DNA from: Callorhinchus milii
Lineage: Eukaryota
Reading direction: 5' to 3'
Assembly: GCF_018977255.1 (NCBI RefSeq)
Contig: NW_024704742.1
Coordinates: 69,752,001-69,816,000 of the forward strand
Length of the DNA: 64,000 nt
The translations under genes were made by a program, and so were the position numbers. Of this stretch, positions 61,889 through 64,000 are shown piece by piece. Under the pieces are notes generated by a model. It searched no databases and was not told where the DNA came from. It saw only the letters and a program-made list of their open reading frames with translations. Position 1 is the first letter of the stretch. The number at the start of each line of letters is the position of its first letter.

Positions 61889-64000
61889 CTGTGTGCAGGT
61901 AACGTCAAGATAATTTAAACAGGAAAACACGGGAGATGCTAGAAATCAGCAACAACAAATTGCATCGGAAGGACGTTCCAAGGTGCTGGACAATCGAGGG
62001 TTCCCAGCGGAGCTGGGAGTTGGATTCGGGAGGGGTGGGGTCTAGGGGTTGGGGGGGAACCAACCGACCGAAGACATGGTCAAAGAGAAAGGACTTGAGA
62101 TGGACTTTGAAGGAGGCGAGGTGAGGGAAGGACCTTGAAGGACATAGAGGGACTCCAGGATGGAGTTCCAGATACTCTGAAAGCTTGACTGCCAATGGTG
62201 GACCAAAATCAAAATTAACAATGGGTTAGAGAGAAGAGTAGTTCAACTTATTGACAAAGAGTCACAACCAAACAGTAAATCTCTCCTCTACCCACCTTTC
62301 AGATGTCAAGTTCAGCTGCTATGGATTCCTTAATTTTAAAAAAAAGTGAGTAAAATATGAAAAAGTCCTGTTACCTCCTGTTTTATTCTTACAATGAATT
62401 TTTACTTTCTGTTGCAGATGAGTCAAGTGTAACAATGTCTGATACCAGTAACTACATGGTCGAGATACCCGTATTGTGGTTAGTATATCCATGAATATCC
62501 AAGGACCCGAAAGACAATGGAAAATGTGTGCAGTGATTTTAACAAAATGGTAAACACTTGTACTAAATACAGTGAAGTGCTTCTAAATACAATTATCATC
62601 ATTCATCCACATGTTTCAGTTGTTGGTTAGTGCATTGTAGAAAAAAAAGGGAGTAACAGGACTTTGTGAACACTAGTGTAGTTCATTCATGACTCACACT
62701 CCTGTGTGCACTCTCGCACAATATCAAGCAATATAAAATTCATTTGCAATAAGAGAACTGGGAAGAAAAAAACAATGGAAAGTCATTTCCATCCTTGCAA
62801 AGTAAATTTCACCTGAAGAACACAAACTTCCTCCTTGTATCTGCATGTTATGTTAAATTTAACATAACATGCGCCTTGGGACGTCCTCCCAATGTGAAAG
62901 GCCCTACATAAACGTAAACCTGCATTGCGTGTATTGAAATTATCCAGAACATCGCCAAAATGATCACTGAAATGCAAGTGCATGCAATTGCACTGAAACT
63001 CCAGCAGGTGGCACAAATTAACATTCACGCCCCAAGTCTGCAATGGGCAGTGGTGTGATTGGAGAGATGAAAGCAGTTTATTCATCTTTGATCGCAGAGG
63101 TAGAGACGAGGTCAATCAATAGAGATTGCAGCTTATTTTGCTGTATCTATTTGCACAATTTACTTAAAAGGTTCCCCGACAATGACTGAATGTCAACAAA
63201 ACCGCAGCCATCAACTTTGGCTCCTGCCATCGACCAACTATTTCATCAACCAAGGAGACACTACACTACCTTAGTGTTATGTCTGACCCTCGGGCCTCTA
63301 AGCCTTTCATCCAGTCCTTGACGAAATCCCCTTTCACCCATCTCCGTAACATGGGTGGCTTCCATCTTTAGCTCACCCCCAACACAACCTAAACCCTGAC
63401 TTGGTTTCTCTAACTCCAATCTCCTTGTTTTACCAGCTCAATCCTCCACGATCTGCAGATTCCCTGCTCTTTGGAACTCTCCCAATAGGTCTTGGCTTTG
63501 TCTCCTCTCTCCCTGCCTTCAAATCTCTCATTAAAAAAAGCATGATTCTCTGTTACTGTGCATTTAGTGAACACACCTGAGTTTTCCTCCGTGCTCGATG
63601 GAGCCCGGAGCACCTCTGTTGACACAGTTCTTTGCACTTGACAGGTATTCTCTATGTGCACATTTTTTTCAAGCAGCTTTCATGCAGTGTCTGATCCGTT
63701 CATTCCAAAGGCATTTTCGAAGGATGAACTTCCAAGGACCGTCCCAACTTAGTGTTGGTCATGTGGCGGGGTGGTAAAATTTGTTCGGCCGGAGTGAAAA
63801 CAGCTCCCTAATTACTTGTCAAGGTGATGCAAATCTCACCCCACCCATCCCCAGCAGTGAACTTGCTGACTTCAAATGAAAATTGGTGTGAGACAAGGGA
63901 CCACGTTGGTGAAGACCTCCACAAGACTGTCCACCTGTCAATTTTTTTTACTAATAAAATGCTTGTCATGATCTGAATCTGTGCAAATACTACCTTGGAC

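Noticed and set aside
1..64000. CRISPR array, rRNA or prokaryotic-type system
   Set aside because: Repeats are dispersed retroposon tails with irregular spacing in a vertebrate intron-exon context; none seen.

Overview
Vertebrate genomic DNA. The repeat landscape (DeuSINE-type tRNA-SINEs, L2 and CR1 LINEs) suggests a cartilaginous fish, possibly a chimaera; this is an inference. The whole window lies inside one minus-strand gene, attractin (ATRN). I could read 19 consecutive coding exons, equivalent to about exons 7-25 of mammalian ATRN (numbering from memory). All have GT-AG boundaries and mutually consistent phases, totalling 2709 nt (~903 codons). They cover kelch repeats, PSI domains, the C-type lectin domain, laminin-EGF domains and the start of the transmembrane segment; both gene ends lie outside the window. 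The introns are dense with SINEs, L2 and CR1 fragments, one TA-flanked Tc1/mariner-pogo-like MITE and an unrecognised dispersed repeat. The most interesting signals concern possible retroposon control of soluble versus membrane attractin: an in-frame stop plus a SINE-supplied AATAAA just after the last ectodomain exon, and a near-identical inverted SINE pair around the first TM exon. Also notable are a tandemly duplicated splice donor and a MITE carrying clustered TALE (PBX/PREP) and CCAAT motifs. All functional interpretations are hypotheses from sequence alone, and repeat boundaries are approximate.
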